NCBI GenBank assembly: GCA_964016885.1
Contig: OZ024740.1
Location: forward strand, 148,614,001-148,678,000
Length of the DNA stretch: 64,000 bases
Source: Eledone cirrhosa
Lineage: Eukaryota
Reading direction: 5' to 3'
Part shown: positions 40,081 to 54,395 of the stretch, piece by piece
Position numbering within the stretch: position 1 is the first letter of the stretch
Layout of the letters: every line of letters begins with the position of its first letter
Notes under the pieces: generated by a model
Told to the model about the DNA's origin: nothing
Seen by the model: only the letters and a program-made list of their open reading frames with translations
The model's database searches: none
Translations under genes and position numbers: made by a program

Positions 40081-40268
40081 GTCCATATTCAATATTAAAC
40101 ACAGACCAGCACTCAGCAAGTCAGCCAAAACGAAAACGATCATGGTCCCGTGCAGTATTCTCAAATTTACAACGAAAAGGACTTGAAAAACGGTTTGAAG
40201 TTCAGAAATATGTGACCAAACCAGACAGACGACAGTTAGCAGCAATGCTAGGCCTTACTGATGCACAG
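40081..40268 (+). CDS. Hlx: Hlx exon encoding homeodomain residues up to Q44
   Basis: gtgtgcAG|GT CCA TAT: (G)[62 protein letters not shown]|GTAATT, nearly identical to the HLX homeodomain as I recall it. Confidence 0.97.
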
Positions 40269-40373
40269 GTAATTATATATACATGTTAATTGAAGAATAC
40301 ATAATTATTGCAACCCATTCACATTCATTAAAATATTGAATATATTATTACTTTTTTCTATTTTCAGTAAACC

Positions 40374-40567
<194 letters not shown>

Positions 40568-43154
40568 GCAAAATGCAAACAGAAATAACAAAGCAAATGC
40601 CACAGTTCACTAAAGAAATATATTAGTGTTACGCTTGATATAGTAGGAAAAGAGTGTTTATATATATATATATATAGAAACTGTATAGAAATTCAGATTC
40701 AGAAAAGAGTTTGGTTACTATGTGTATTTGGTATGTATATGTGTGCGTGTGTGTCTATGTTAATCTCTCTATTTATCTAACGTATATACATACCTAACTA
40801 CCAACATTATCAATCTATTTATCTTTATAAAAGTTTGTTGTATTTGTTTATTATATAACCATAGAGGCATTTTCATCCCCATCTATATCCATTTGATTGC
40901 CAACAAGACATTCCGTTATACAGGCATGCACCCGTGTCTGTGTAAACACGCATATGCTCATAACATTCCAAAAGTTAAAACATAGCGATGGATGTTGAGA
41001 GGATATGTACATTAGGTTTTGATTATTTCTGTATTTCGTAGAAAAGTATTGAAAGAAATGAAACTGAAGCGAAGCAACTCTGTGCGGAGAACAGCTGTAA
41101 TCTGGATTGTATTTATAAAATCGGTTTTATAACCTCGCTTTCAAATCTAAAAACAAGTCGTAAATGGATGCCATATGGAATATCAGTTGCTGAGATGACT
41201 TCGCAATGAAATATTGCCCAAGAGATTTAGAAGGCGGGCATAAAGCTTTTATTCTAGGCGTATATACATTCAAATTGTGTGGTCCATCATTGCAAAGTGT
41301 ATTCATTGTTTCGTTTATCTGACGATTTTGCTGAAATGTTTTGAATCTTGACCAAGCATAAATCAACTTTACATTCTCTAAACAATATCTGATTCCTCAA
41401 TGATTTATTTTTTAAATATATCTGATCTGAATCTTTCGATTTGTATTTTGAATTCATAAATGGAAGCTCTCTACATAAATCTTAATGTTTATGTGACATC
41501 ATTAAACCAGCTTTTTTTTTCAAAAAGATGTCAATAAAGGATGTTATTGTTTCTTTGTATTTCTTCTACTATGATCCACCTGGTTCTAAAAATTCAGTTT
41601 ATTGTAATATAAAACTAAAACCTAAAACTGAAAGAGAAACGCCTTCCCCTATTAAGTATTATAAGTACATTTACTTATTCGTGGCTCATAAAAAGATCTT
41701 GTTTCTTTCTTATCGGGAAAGAATAAACTATTTGTCAGGAAGATGTTTGAAAGTAAATGGTTAAATGGTTAATTTTAATATCATCAGTTTCAACTACACT
41801 TAAAACAATTTCCTTTTAGATTCTTCAAAAAAGGGGATACCATTGTGTTGTTGGGAATCTTGCTACGGATGTTTATAGATAAACGGAAGTCTACACTAAA
41901 AAATAAATGAGTGCGCTATTTTGAAAAGCAGTCTGCCCCCTCTCGTCACTGATGAATTACTATGACCTTTGTTGATTGGTACTACTGTTATAAACTGATA
42001 AACATGATTTTTAATGGTTGCAATCTTTGTAACGATTTAGTTTGTAACTAGCTTGAAATTATCCCGATTTTGTTTTTCTGATCATGTATTTGTAAACCAT
42101 CGTAATGAATGTCGACGTTTTAAGACTTAGCACAAAGAACATACATCTGCCTTTACAATTCTGTAGAGAATACATTATTGTTGGGATTTGATCCAAAGTG
42201 AAGGCGCCTGGAGTCAAATAAATTACCACTCTCTACTAAGTTGGGTATTTGCCACTTTTGTTCTTAAAAATTATAGGCAACGGCATTTTAATTCAGCTGT
42301 AAAATATAAAGATTTCCTCGTTAAAAAGTCTATCCCCTGTGCTCGTTCCAACAACTCGAAGATTTCTTATCTTTTGGTAAGAAATTTCAACCATTTTTCT
42401 ATAAAGCATCCAATGACTAAAACTCTTCCTTCCGAAGTCATACTTATTAAAGAAATTATGTATATATAATTGCTGCAATCGTGTTTCTTTAAATTTCTCT
42501 CACCATGTCATAATGTGGTTACAGGATAAAATATAATTTGCTTTTTAGTTGAACTTCAGATTTCCATATTATCTACAAAGATTGTCAGGTCAGAATGAAA
42601 TACCGAAATGGATCTAAATAGCAACATATTACCTGATATATACACTACACTCCACTAATACCAACACAATAAAGAACAACAACAAAAATAAATGATTGGC
42701 ATTAGTAGGTTAAGAAACTCCAAGAACGGTTTGTCAGAGATAGAATTAAAATCATTGGGACAAAAACAATCTACAACCCAAATAAAATAAAGCTTTCTGA
42801 TATTATGCCGCGAATATTGCTTCTAACTGTTCTAAATCTTCATAGCTTCATTCCTATATTAAAAAATATTTCATGTTAAAGTGTAAAATAACCGCCCCAT
42901 ATTTCTCTTTATGCACATCAGCAAAACCTCTTGTCTTCGATTTGTTTTTATCCAAATGTATATATTCATGATTGCAACGTACACCAAAGGAAAATCAGTA
43001 TTTCATATATCATCTTTAAAAAAACATGGTCATTTGATTGGTCCTTCTCTTTAAATTTCTTTATGGTCAACCCTATGTTTGAAAATACGAAAGTCTACAC
43101 GTCATCCGTCGTAAGCAATTCCTCTGCCATCGCATGTGTTGGACTTCTAACATA

Positions 43155-43345
43155 ATTGTTTTTACTTTTGGCACAAGGCCAGCAATTACTCAGTGTATTA
43201 CTGGTACTTTATTTTATCGACCCCATAAGGATGAAAGGCAAAGTTTAACCTCGGCGGGATTTGAACTCCGAATGGCAAGGGCCGTAACTCTATGCGTCAA
43301 AGCATGGCGTCCGACCCTCTACCGATACTGCCAATCCACCGCCCC
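43155..43345 (-). mobile_element. SINE family A, near full length
   Basis: gggcggtggattggcagtatcggtagagggtcggacg head, B box, central block and tail all present. Confidence 0.9.
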
Positions 43346-45170
43346 TTGGATTTCTAACATAATTATACTCAAGTTGTGGCGTCAATCGTAGGCGATTGCA
43401 TCCTACTATATATAAAGTCACCTTCTCTTTTTAGCAAATCGAAACAGGAGATCCTTTTCAGCAAATCGCAACAGAATTCAAAGAAAGCAAATTTCCTGAA
43501 TGCATAAAACATCTTTGAGCTTTTCGACAAAATTTTAATAAAGCACCCTATGTGTGATTTCTGCACAATACGAGCCACACGTGTCGGAAGCTCCAGTGAT
43601 ATGTCAATTATCATGTCCGACATCCAGTATATTAACATAAGATTACATAATCTGTTAATTATTTTATCAACCCTGCTAAAGACATATTAAATCACTCATT
43701 GTTACCTGAAAATATGAACGTCTTTATGTGTGAGTGTGTTATATAAAGACTCACTACTATATACATTAACGTAATAAAATGAGGACTTGATAACTTAGTT
43801 CCCTTTTGCTGAACAAGCACACATTAGCTACGCATATAAAAAGAAATAGTCAAAGAGCACACCCTCGCTATGCAAGAATAACACACAATTATACCCATCA
43901 CAATCACAACAAATTCGACCTCACATGGGCAAAACTTCATCCCAAAGACTGGGCTTCCTTCTAAAGTTAGACAATATTCAAACTTTCACTCTTAAATTAA
44001 TGACACCCTGAAAAGCTGAAGTGCGAGCTACATTATAGTTCTAGGGCGGAGATACTCATATCTCAAGCGGAATTCCCACTAAATATGTTTTTCTTACATA
44101 CATTGATATAGAGATATCGGAAATGAACTTCATCTCGATCAATTTCAGAAACCCATGAGGGCATACAGAGGTTAAGAAACACAGACCTTCGTCATATGAA
44201 TGATAAATGAAAAGTAAAGGCAAACACCCAAAATGGAATTAACGGAGCATGCGTTTATAGACATCTGCATGTATATTATTATGTCCTTAGCAGGACTGAC
44301 CAGGAGATATATAACGATAAACTATCGTCTTATTCAGAAACTTAAGTAAATGCTATGCGGCCATTAGCAGTGTGTGAAACGTGAAACTACCATATTTATA
44401 AGTATTTAAATGTGAAGTATATATAATTATATATATATATATATTGAGTATTTGTTGGTTGTATACCATACCTGAGTATGCAGATTGGAGCACTCGACGA
44501 AGTGCGCAGGTTGGTTTGGTTACTCCGGAGTAATGTAAAAAATATATATATTTATATATATATATCTATATAAACCTACATAGCAGTGGATGTGCGTACA
44601 ACGTATTTATGTATGTGTTTTGTATGCTTAAATGTATGCGTGCGTACGTGGTGTGTGTGTGTGTGAGTGTGTGTTTGTGTGTTTGTGTGTATGTCTTATT
44701 AAACATTATGTTATGTTATGACAGGTCAGCTGATCGCCTTCAACAATTTACATTGGTTGTGTGGAAAGTAATAAAAGTTACATAGTGCAATGGAATCATG
44801 CGTTGTTAATATGTCTAACAGATTTCTAGCTTTGCCTTCCCAATAACGGCAGACACACAGGCAGGCAGACAGCCAGCCAGTGCACTCCATATGGCTAGCT
44901 TCTACAGTGAGACCTCCCAGTGAGAAAAAGTTGTGGCAGGTCAGTAACGCTAGCTGTACTTAAATGTTTGCGGTGAGCTGAATGCTAGCAGTGTGATTAA
45001 GAGGGATGAATAAAATAAAGTGAAATAAAAAAAGCAAAGTGAGGTAGGGAGAAAAGAAATCGTAAAGAAATTAGAGCAAGATAACGAGAAAGAAAATAAC
45101 AGGAAGGTCTGGTGGTCATAGAGAAAATACGGCAAGTGAGAATATATATAGAAATATATATATATCGTCT

Positions 45171-45290
<120 letters not shown>

Positions 45291-45305
45291 TATATTTATA
45301 TGTAT

Positions 45306-45423
<118 letters not shown>

Positions 45424-45461
45424 CGAGCTGAGGATCCGCTAAGGTGAAACAATTTTTCTCG
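45424..45461 (+). ncRNA. Hammerhead motif with mutated stem III
   Basis: cgag CTGAGGA tcc gctaa ggt GAAA caattt TT ctcg, directly after a ~245-bp (TA)n tract. Confidence 0.6.
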
Positions 45462-45815
45462 GTATGGTGAACTAACTGTTGTGTAACCACTTCTATATAT
45501 ATATGCGTATGTGTGTGTGTGTATGTATGGACCTGTAACTCTTGAGGCAGTCGTAGGGGTGTCATGTTGACATGCGGCCTTCATAGGGCATTGTTTTATA
45601 ACTGGCGGAACCCATCTCTTCTCCAGGTCTGAATACAGTAGAAGGATAGAGGGTGAGAGAAAGATAGTGAGAACGAGTTATAGAGGAAGCATCTTCCAGA
45701 GTACTAGACTCGTACAGTTTTATCGATCTGAAACAGATGGAAGGCAAAGTTGACCCCAGCGGTATTTGAACTTGGGGAGCAGAGAGTCGGAACAAATACT
45801 GTAAGGCTTTTTTTA

Positions 45816-46372
45816 TCAAACGTTCCTACGACATGATTCAATAAAGAGGTCAAAGATGCCATCCGAGCAAGGAAAGAAGCTTACAAAGCTTGGCTTGGAA
45901 ATAAGTTCTCCTTCTTGCACTTGGCGTACAAGCAGGCACGAAGAATCGCAGCAGAGCAGTAAGGCGTCTAAAGTTAAGGCATGGGAGGACTTTGGGGTTA
46001 AGCTAGAATCCGACTTCAGATCAGCAAATAAAATGTTCTGGCAGACCACACGCCAACGTCGTAACAAGAAGTCCTTCTCCACACCTGCTATCAGAAACAC
46101 GTCCAGGGTACTCCTTTCTTCATAGAGGTGCTTTCTCGTGAGGTGGAGAGAATACTTTGATCTTTTACTAAAGCCAATCGATAACTAATCTCTCGGAGGC
46201 TGAGGTCACAAGAGCAGTTAAAAAGCTCAAATGTGACAAGCCGCTGGGGTAGATGAATTCCTGTCCGAGATGTTAAAAGCTTTAAATAGAGAATGTATTT
46301 TCTCTGGACGTCTCATGTGTGGCGGGTGGCCTGGACCTCTGGAAACGCATCTCAACAATGGCAATCAGGAGA
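45816..46372 (+). mobile_element. Decayed RTE-clade LINE (linker and RT start)
   Basis: SKVKAWEDFGVKLESDFRSANKMFWQTTR, RWREYFD, EVTRAVKKLK, GVDEF..EMLKAL. Confidence 0.75.
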
Positions 46373-46376
46373 GATA

Positions 46377-46440
<64 letters not shown>

Positions 46441-46560
46441 TATATAATTTGTATAAATATTTCGTATCTCCAAAGAAATACGGTTTTAGGAAGCCGTAGC
46501 TATGCAAACACCGGGGGGCTAACGCCCTCTGGTGATGTCCAGCAGCAGCAAGGGGGACAA

Positions 46561-46602
46561 CCGTCTATGCATTTTAGGCTTAACTGGCCATCGTCAGGAC
46601 GG
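46561..46602 (-). ncRNA. Hammerhead motif (GAAA changed to AAAA) inside an insertion with ~40-bp inverted repeats (about 46447-46486 and 46653-46693)
   Basis: - strand: ccgtc CTGACGA tggc cagttaa gcct AAAA tgca TA gacgg; perfect 5-bp stem I. Confidence 0.7.
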
Positions 46603-47413
46603 TCCCTCCCACCGCTTGCGACTGCTGGACGAGAAGACAGGCGAGAATATATAAACCGTATTTCTTTGGAGATACGAAATATTTATACAAATTGTATAAA
46701 GCTATGTTTGAAGCGAAATCCTATTACTTTTTTTTATTATAAGTTGAGCCAACTTATGCAGCTTCATATGCAAATGAGATTAATCACCTCATCTACACAG
46801 ACGAGAAAAGTATATATTCTCGCCTGTCTTATATGTATATATATATATATATACATGGTGGCTGCCAACTCGTTTTCGAGTACGGCCACTACTTTATATC
46901 CATGTAGGAGAACCCCTACCGATGCGCTGAACGAGTGTGACTTTTTAGTCCAGCCAGCGACTTGAAAAATCTGGTACAAACACTACACTTGCGACAATTA
47001 TTGACACATAGTGCTGGGCCCATAGTACCATGTGACGACAATTGCAGAGAGATCTCCAGATATAAAGCAATGCCTGTGCCGTGAAGCTTTTATAGTGAGC
47101 AAAGGCACTGCACAAAGCCAGTCCCACTCTCTTAACCAAGATGATATTTACCAAAAAGAAGAACAAGTCAACATCATTGGATACCATCAGGGTTGCAGCT
47201 GTTATATCAGAGTTTTCCTTTTCCTAGAATTCTGCCTTGACAAAGGCTAAGGGGTCATCTCTCCCGGTGATTTTGGATGGCCATTGACTCTTAAGAGCTC
47301 CTTTGCCCTTTGACAGGTTTTGTTTTTAGTCCTACAGGATGTCCAAAGTCACCCTCCTCACCAAGAAACCTAGGTAGGGCTGCCAGTTTAGTCGCCAATA
47401 TATATATGTGTGT

Positions 47414-47463
<50 letters not shown>

Positions 47464-47582
47464 TGTGTGTGTGTGTGTATAATATTAAGAAGTAAGTAAA
47501 AATCGAAGGTGTAGAGCAACTCAAGTCCGTAGACCGAGTTTGAATATAATTATTCATGTCAGTTATTGAAACGGTACTATAC

Positions 47583-47627
47583 CAGGTACGTACGTTTCAT
47601 TGGTTGATGACCAACTTGTTCAACCTA
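47583..47627 (-). ncRNA. Hammerhead motif, degenerate core
   Basis: - strand: tagg TTGAACA agttgg tcatcaa ccaat GAAA cgtacg TA cctg. Confidence 0.6.
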
Positions 47628-47744
47628 TGCCGATGGAAATGAACCGAAAGGGCAAAAAAGAAGAAAGGGAAAAGAGTCGTTTATTCGGGTATTTGAAGGT
47701 CGTTTCGTGATTGAGGAAGCGGTTTTTAAACCAGCCAATTCTGG

Positions 47745-47845
47745 CGCCATACCTATATCTAACCGGTAGCATCTAGCCTCGTCCAGTAGTTCGTGTTCCT
47801 TTCCTATAAGTCTTGTGATGTTCCATGGCTGAAGAGTCCCATGCC
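47745..47845 (-). mobile_element. RTE-clade endonuclease N-terminal fragment
   Basis: LQPWNITRLIGKEHELLDEARCYRLDIG, resembling GTWNV..L.GKE.EL..E..RYRLDI. Confidence 0.6.
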
Positions 47846-49895
47846 ATAGGTGTTGGCATAAATACAATGCATGCATGTATGTATGTATGTATGTATGTAT
47901 GTATGTATGTATGCGCACATTTATGACTAGATAAAGTTGATTGCCCGAAACTATCCTTTCAGTTGTTCGATCACCGGAATGTCACTACATTTATCACTTT
48001 CTGATCAACCAAACCTCAATTTTATTCTGGTATCTATAATTTTTCATCTTTTTAATCAAGCCAAAGTTCATTTGAGGGATAAATTATTGGATTACGTTAC
48101 ATTTTAAAACTGTACACTACTTTTTTCTGTTTAATTTGAGGTGCATGCAACTTTAAAATTTTAATCCTAAAATGAATGAGCCTATTGAATATCATATCAA
48201 ACTATCAACAAACTAAATTACATCAATCTACAGCCAATATATTTCTTTACTTCACTAATAATGTTTTTCCTTTTTGAATAAAGAAATATATTTTGAGACC
48301 TTTATACCACACTTTATTAATTTAGTCTGGCAACGCTGGCGAATTTCCATGGATAGAGTTGGTTTAGTATGTAACAAAACTGTAGCTGAAATTTCATCAT
48401 GTTTTCGCCAAAATAAAACTGACAACCAGAAACAAATCAACGTTCTCGCAGCATGAAAAACTTGCACTCCTTTCACGAACAAAAATCGTGACAATACCCT
48501 TCAATGGTGTGATTACAATCTACTTTTTTTCAACTGTAACAAAATACAATCACTCTTCTTGTCAAAGTTACAGTTTTGAAAAATAATCTCCAAACATCCT
48601 GCTCTAATAAAGTTTACAGCGGAACTCTTCCATCCCGCAATTCTATGTATGTATATAACCATCACTTCTGGCGGAGTCATAGCTGCGCTCTAGTAATACT
48701 CACCGTGTTTGGGCATTTAAAACCTGGCAAAGCCCATTTCTTCTCCCACTCTGGACACAGCCCATTTCTGCCAGAGGAAAGAGAGAGTGAGGGAGGGGGG
48801 GGGGAGAGGGGAAGAAAGAGTGAGAAAGAGATATAGCGGAGGAATTGACCCTAGTACTGCACTAATACTCTTTATCGACCTCGAGAAAATGGAAAAGAAA
48901 GTTGACCTGGGTGGGTTTTGAATGCTAAGCGTACGAGTCGAAATGACTACCGCCGAAACGTCTACCCGACGTTTTAACGACTCTGGCATCTCACCGCTTC
49001 CATCTAAAATTTACTGATCTATAATCGCAAAACCGCATCGGCATAATTGTCATACTGCAACCCTCTTAAGGGTCAGAAACATCTTGAAACAGGCTCAGTT
49101 GTTGACGGATAACAAGCCTAAAATAGGATGCACAGTACACAGTCATATACGTGGAACAATAATGCAAATGTAGACACAAACATCTAAAACCGAAACGACA
49201 AAGACATTCAGCTGATTGGAAAATACACTCTCATAAAAAAGAAAATCACTGCTGCTCTAATCACATCTGCTCCTTCGAACTAGGAAGCCATGACTAAGTG
49301 TACATGATTGCAATGCGCTTGCTATCCCTATGTAAGATTCACCAAGCACCATACGCAATAAATTTCCCAGTCATTCCTTCGAAGAACTGCAAAGTTTTGG
49401 AAAGATTTTTCTTTCCAGAATTGTCCTTCTGTCAACCGCATGGATCTCACTAGTCTTGTGAGGCCTTTTTCCCATTTGATTATATTTTAAAACTAAAAAA
49501 AAGGAATGCAAGAATGTCAAGTGAAAGTAAAGAAGAAAAAAAGTAGTAGGGTGTTGGACATCTAATAAGTAAATTTAGGGAATGGTTTAGATGAATTACA
49601 ATTGTATACATTTAAATTTGAATAAAAGAGAATAGATGGAAAAAACGAAAGCGAAAAAATGTTAAAGAGAAAGAAGGAAGAAAGTAAAAAAAAAAAAAAG
49701 ACAGAAAGGAAGAAGGAGATGGCTTACATAGATGCCGAGCAGATTGTATATTACTGAGTTACTTGAATATACACTTTTCAGTAGAATGTATCAGAAGTAA
49801 TAGCACCTTCAACAGTAACATGAGCGCTATGATAGATGTCAAGCAAGCGGAAAGATTACATTTTGAGTAATTTAGAGCATCAACAATTACAACAG

Positions 49896-49966
<71 letters not shown>
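49896..49966. repeat. (CTA)n microsatellite
   Basis: Read directly from the sequence. Confidence 0.97.
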
Positions 49967-51125
49967 GCTGCAGCTGCTGCTAAAACCTTCCTCACCACCG
50001 CCACCACCACCACTACTACTACTAATACTACTACTACATTTTAATTTTTTTCAATTACAGTAGAGTATGTACTGAGGAGCAAAGGTAGGCTCTCCAGGAA
50101 TTATGACTGTGATCTGATTTCAATTCCCGGTTGAAAAAGGCATGAATATTACACAATCTCCTGATTTATTTCTCACATGAGACATAGTATCTATTTTAGA
50201 AATGAATGTTTTAAATTGCATATGAGGAGGTAGTGTATACAGAGGAAACTCTCAGGAGACACCATAGGTAATAGTATCATACTGTGGTCATTTTAATCGA
50301 TTTTACAGTGTCTTGTAAAATCTCCTTCGTACATAGCCGAAAGAAAATTTCCATATACAATTGCAGTTTTCAAACGCTTCATTGTGAGGGTCGCTACATA
50401 GATACTTTTACTTGCTAAAATTATTAACCCAATCTCTCTTTTATTAAAATTTGCCCTCTTCAAAAAATGGAAAGGCAAATTGGATAATATTGTCTGATAT
50501 AATATACTACAAACAAAGAGAATGGTTATGGCAAGAATGATTTTGATCATAGTTCTATCAACCAGGGTTGCCCAGAGATTAGAAAAACTAAAACAAACAT
50601 TTGAAATTATTTCTAATTCCCTTAAATCTTCCATTATTTCAACTTACCAAACATCACTTCCACAACCACCATTACCATCAGCATATGATCCATACTTAAA
50701 GTTTCATATTACTGTTACATATTGACGAATGGTACAACGATTTAGTAAAAGTACATATAAGTGTTGTTAATGATATGTAGATAATGTGTATATACCATCA
50801 GACGTTACGAAAAACGGGGTGGTGTGTTCTGGGCCAACATCAATGATATATTATTTATTATAAGGTAACATCGACACTTTTCTAAAGATATTTTTGGTAT
50901 TGATTTTCACGTCTTGGTGTACGTATTTAAAGCTCATCAAGAGAATTTCAGCTGAATGTGAAACAGATTCTAGTATGCCTCTTGTTGTATATGTGCACGT
51001 GTCTTATATACATACACTCACAGTCACGCGAGCAACCAAATATTCATATTATACACATGGAAATAAAATACAAATATATTTGAGTCAATATATATATATT
51101 TATATGGCATATATATATATATATA

Positions 51126-51592
51126 TATATTGGTAAACGGAATAGAAAATGCTGACAAATTGTTCACAGTTGAAAAATGGTTTAATTAGGAATAAAAGAG
51201 TATTAGTGATTGTATGGGTTAGTATTCAGTTGTGGTTTTAAGTTTTTAAGTTTTTACCGGTTGCGCATTTCTAAATGCTTTTCAAAAATAATTTTGAGAT
51301 AGAGTGTCCGTGCTGTTTGCTCTGATCTGATTAGTTTTGGGAATTCTACCTGTTTTTATGTTAAAAAAGTGGCTCCAATTTGCAAAAATTCTTGTGGTCA
51401 AAACAATTTTGATTGGTCGGTAGAGGTCATGTGAATGTAAAAAATTGATTTTGCGCCAAGACTGTTTTTATGTTAAAAAAGTGGCTCCAGCAAAAATTCT
51501 TGTGGTCAAAACAATTTTGATTGGTCGGTAGAGGTCATGTGAATAAAAAATTGGTTTTGCGCCAAGATTGAGAAATGACTCTTTCACAACAA

Positions 51593-51656
<64 letters not shown>

Positions 51657-51734
51657 TAGTAGTAGTAGTAGTAGTAAGGTGTTCGATGTTGTGATAATGG
51701 TTAGCGGCGATGTGTGTCAAATGGCTATTAAGAT

Positions 51735-51807
<73 letters not shown>

Positions 51808-52173
51808 GCAGAGTAATTCGTGGTGGCAGGGATGGTCAGTAAGAATGTGTCTGAAAGCAATGGGGGGTATTTTAGCATGTCAAAAGATATTTTTCAGCTT
51901 TTGTCTTATACGGAGAAGTGCGTGTGTGTGTGTGTGCGTGTATATATAAGTCTCTTTGTATGTTGATGTACGCGTGTGTATGTGTGTGTGTATATATGTG
52001 TGTGTGCGTGTGTGTGTGTGGGGGTGGGTGGACCAGTATTTTTTCCCCCTGGTAAAATGGTGTACATTATTCGATTTTTTCAGTAAAACCGGTTCTCTTA
52101 ATAGAACATCAAAAATCTTAACAATAAAAGGTGTGAAATGATATTCACTATATATATATACACATACATATAT

Positions 52174-52229
<56 letters not shown>

Positions 52230-52650
52230 TACATATATATATGCACATATATTTTTTGGTTTTGCACCATAGAGCATGTGTGTTTACGTATGTCATTGTG
52301 TTTATATGTGGGTAGAGATGCGTGCTGATGTAGGTATGTATGTTGACGTGTGTATGTTGTGGGTTCGTCTTAGGGAGAAGTGTTTAGACGGGGTCCGTAT
52401 TTGTTAATGAAGTAAGATTCCTTGCTGATGCGCTGGGTGTGGGTGGCATCAGAGCAAACAGCACAGACACTCTATCTCAAAATTATTTTTGAAAAGCATT
52501 TAGAAATGCGCAACCGGTAAAAACTTAAAAACTTAAAACCACAACTGAATACTAACCCATACAATCACTAATACTCTTTTATTCCTAATTAAACCATTTT
52601 TCAACTGTGAACAATTTGTCAGCATTTTCTATTCCGTTTACCAATATATA
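51126..52650 (-). mobile_element. 5'-truncated Penelope-like element with an inverted terminal segment
   Basis: ~200-bp inverted repeats 51126-51326 and 52448-52650, each with a hammerhead-like motif (TTGAAAA gcattt ag aaatgc GCAA ccgg TA); 52370-52447 (-) encodes ATHTQRISKESYFINKYGPRLNTSP*, like a GIY-YIG C-terminus; internal ~110-bp tandem duplication at 51350-51567. Confidence 0.7.
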
Positions 52651-52703
52651 ATAACTTGTGTGTTACACCTCTATTCTTTTAACTATATATATATATATAT
52701 ATA

Positions 52704-53220
52704 CATTATGAAGAGAGAAGAAACATTTAGATATAATTAGTAATAAAATGTATCATACCTAAACTGCTCCTAAATTCCTCGACTACGTAGTTTCGTGGCA
52801 TAAACAAAAACAATATATCATAAAGACATAGAGTCCTTGCGAGGTCTGCCGACTTATCAAGAGGATACCTCATTTTACTAGTCTCAAGAACGCGTCTACA
52901 CGACGTGAGAAAGAATCCCAAAAGGCGGAGGGGGAGATAGTCACGCGATATAACGGTCGAGAAACAGAGCTAAGCCTCTTATAACCCCGAAGAAAATACC
53001 ACGGAGGCGGAGGGGGTACTCATATCGAGGCCGTAGAAGAGGTGGTGAAGAAGGCGAGAAGTATGAGTAATGGAAGCTTTCCAGCTGTCCCCACACTTCA
53101 AAGATTGCTCGACCAGAGGGAGTTATTAACAATATATTTAGAAACACACAGATACATGCGGACACACACATATATACATGAATGCATCCGCACCCAACTG
53201 TGAGTTAAGGGTGCCAACTT

Positions 53221-53227
<7 letters not shown>
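52704..53227 (-). mobile_element. Second, truncated copy of the 593-nt hammerhead element
   Basis: Highly similar to 38591-39112, with the same 3' end at (TA)n and (TA)n on the other side. Confidence 0.9.
52776..52865 (-). ncRNA. Type-I hammerhead ribozyme motif, U3-A8 core
   Basis: Core and stems identical to 38663-38752; differences only in the stem II loop. Confidence 0.85.
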
Positions 53228-53269
<42 letters not shown>

Positions 53270-53270
<1 letters not shown>

Positions 53271-53456
53271 TTTCTACGTTAGGCACAAGGCCAGCAATTA
53301 CCCAGTGCATTACTGGTACTTTATTTTATCGACCTCGTAAGGATGAAAGGCAAAGTTAACCTCGGCGGGATTTGAACTCAGAATGGCAAGGGCCGTAACT
53401 CTATACGTCAAAGCATAGCGTCCGACCCTCTCCCAATACTGCCAATCCACCGCCCC
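53270..53456 (-). mobile_element. SINE family A, near full length
   Basis: Same features as 43155-43345; embedded in (TA)n. Confidence 0.9.
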
Positions 53457-53556
53457 TATATATATAATATATATTATAACGAAGGAAATGTGGTAAGGAG
53501 CCAGGTGGACCATAACGCACCAAAGTACTCAATACTTAGGGTAGTAGAGTGGGTAA

Positions 53557-53684
53557 TAGGAACGAGTAGGACCCCGACGGCTGAGCTCAAGCCGTTTCGA
53601 CGGCTAATTCTGGACGAAAATGTTAGTCCAGAATTAGCCGTCGAAACGGCTTGAGCTCAGCCGTCGGGGTCCTACTCGTTCCTA
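53557..53684. repeat. Perfect hairpin (59-bp arms, 10-nt loop) carrying the 3' half of a hammerhead
   Basis: 53557-53615 is the reverse complement of 53626-53684; contains GAAA cggc ttgagctca gccg TC gggg. A related copy is at 62292-62490. Confidence 0.9.
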
Positions 53685-54395
53685 ATATATATTATATATA
53701 TATATATAAATATACATATATATTGACTCAAATATATTTCTATATATATATATGTATATATATATATTGGAAAATGTGTGAGATCCTTGGTACAGTTAGG
53801 TATATTTGAAAAAAAGGAAAAGAATGACTTCACTTGTAGTTCTAAACATATTTCATTTAATTTTATAATATAAAATTAAATCAATTTGTTTCCTTTTTTT
53901 CAAATATATATATATATAATTTTTACTTATAGATGAGAGAGTCGGTTTCTAACATAGACACAAAACTCTTTCATTGGAATTTACACAACATCAACTAGGT
54001 AGATATGTTTGTATGTCTCCATGCATGCGCGTGTAGGTATGGATGTTATTGTATGTGTGTGTGTATGTTTTGAGTTATATGTGGGCATGTGCATATGTTT
54101 TGTATCTGTACATGTGTATATGCAGTTATTACATGCAGAATTTTTGGAATATTTTACATATTTTTACTGTTACATTAATGGATTGTACTTGTAATTTCCT
54201 AACTAGTCGTGTTCCTTCTGGTTCTGTAAAGCCCAGCTTCTCGAAATTTGTATTGAGGCAGTTACTGACATATCCCAGGTGTAAATCTGAAGGTATAGTC
54301 AGAGTGGAGCATATGCAGATTCCTCATTAGCTTTGCATATAAACACTCCTTTTCGCTAATCTTTTATATTATTTTGACATCTGCTGAGCAGCTGT

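Noticed and set aside
43270-43345. tRNA gene
   Set aside because: The A/B boxes belong to a multi-copy SINE head; no cloverleaf.
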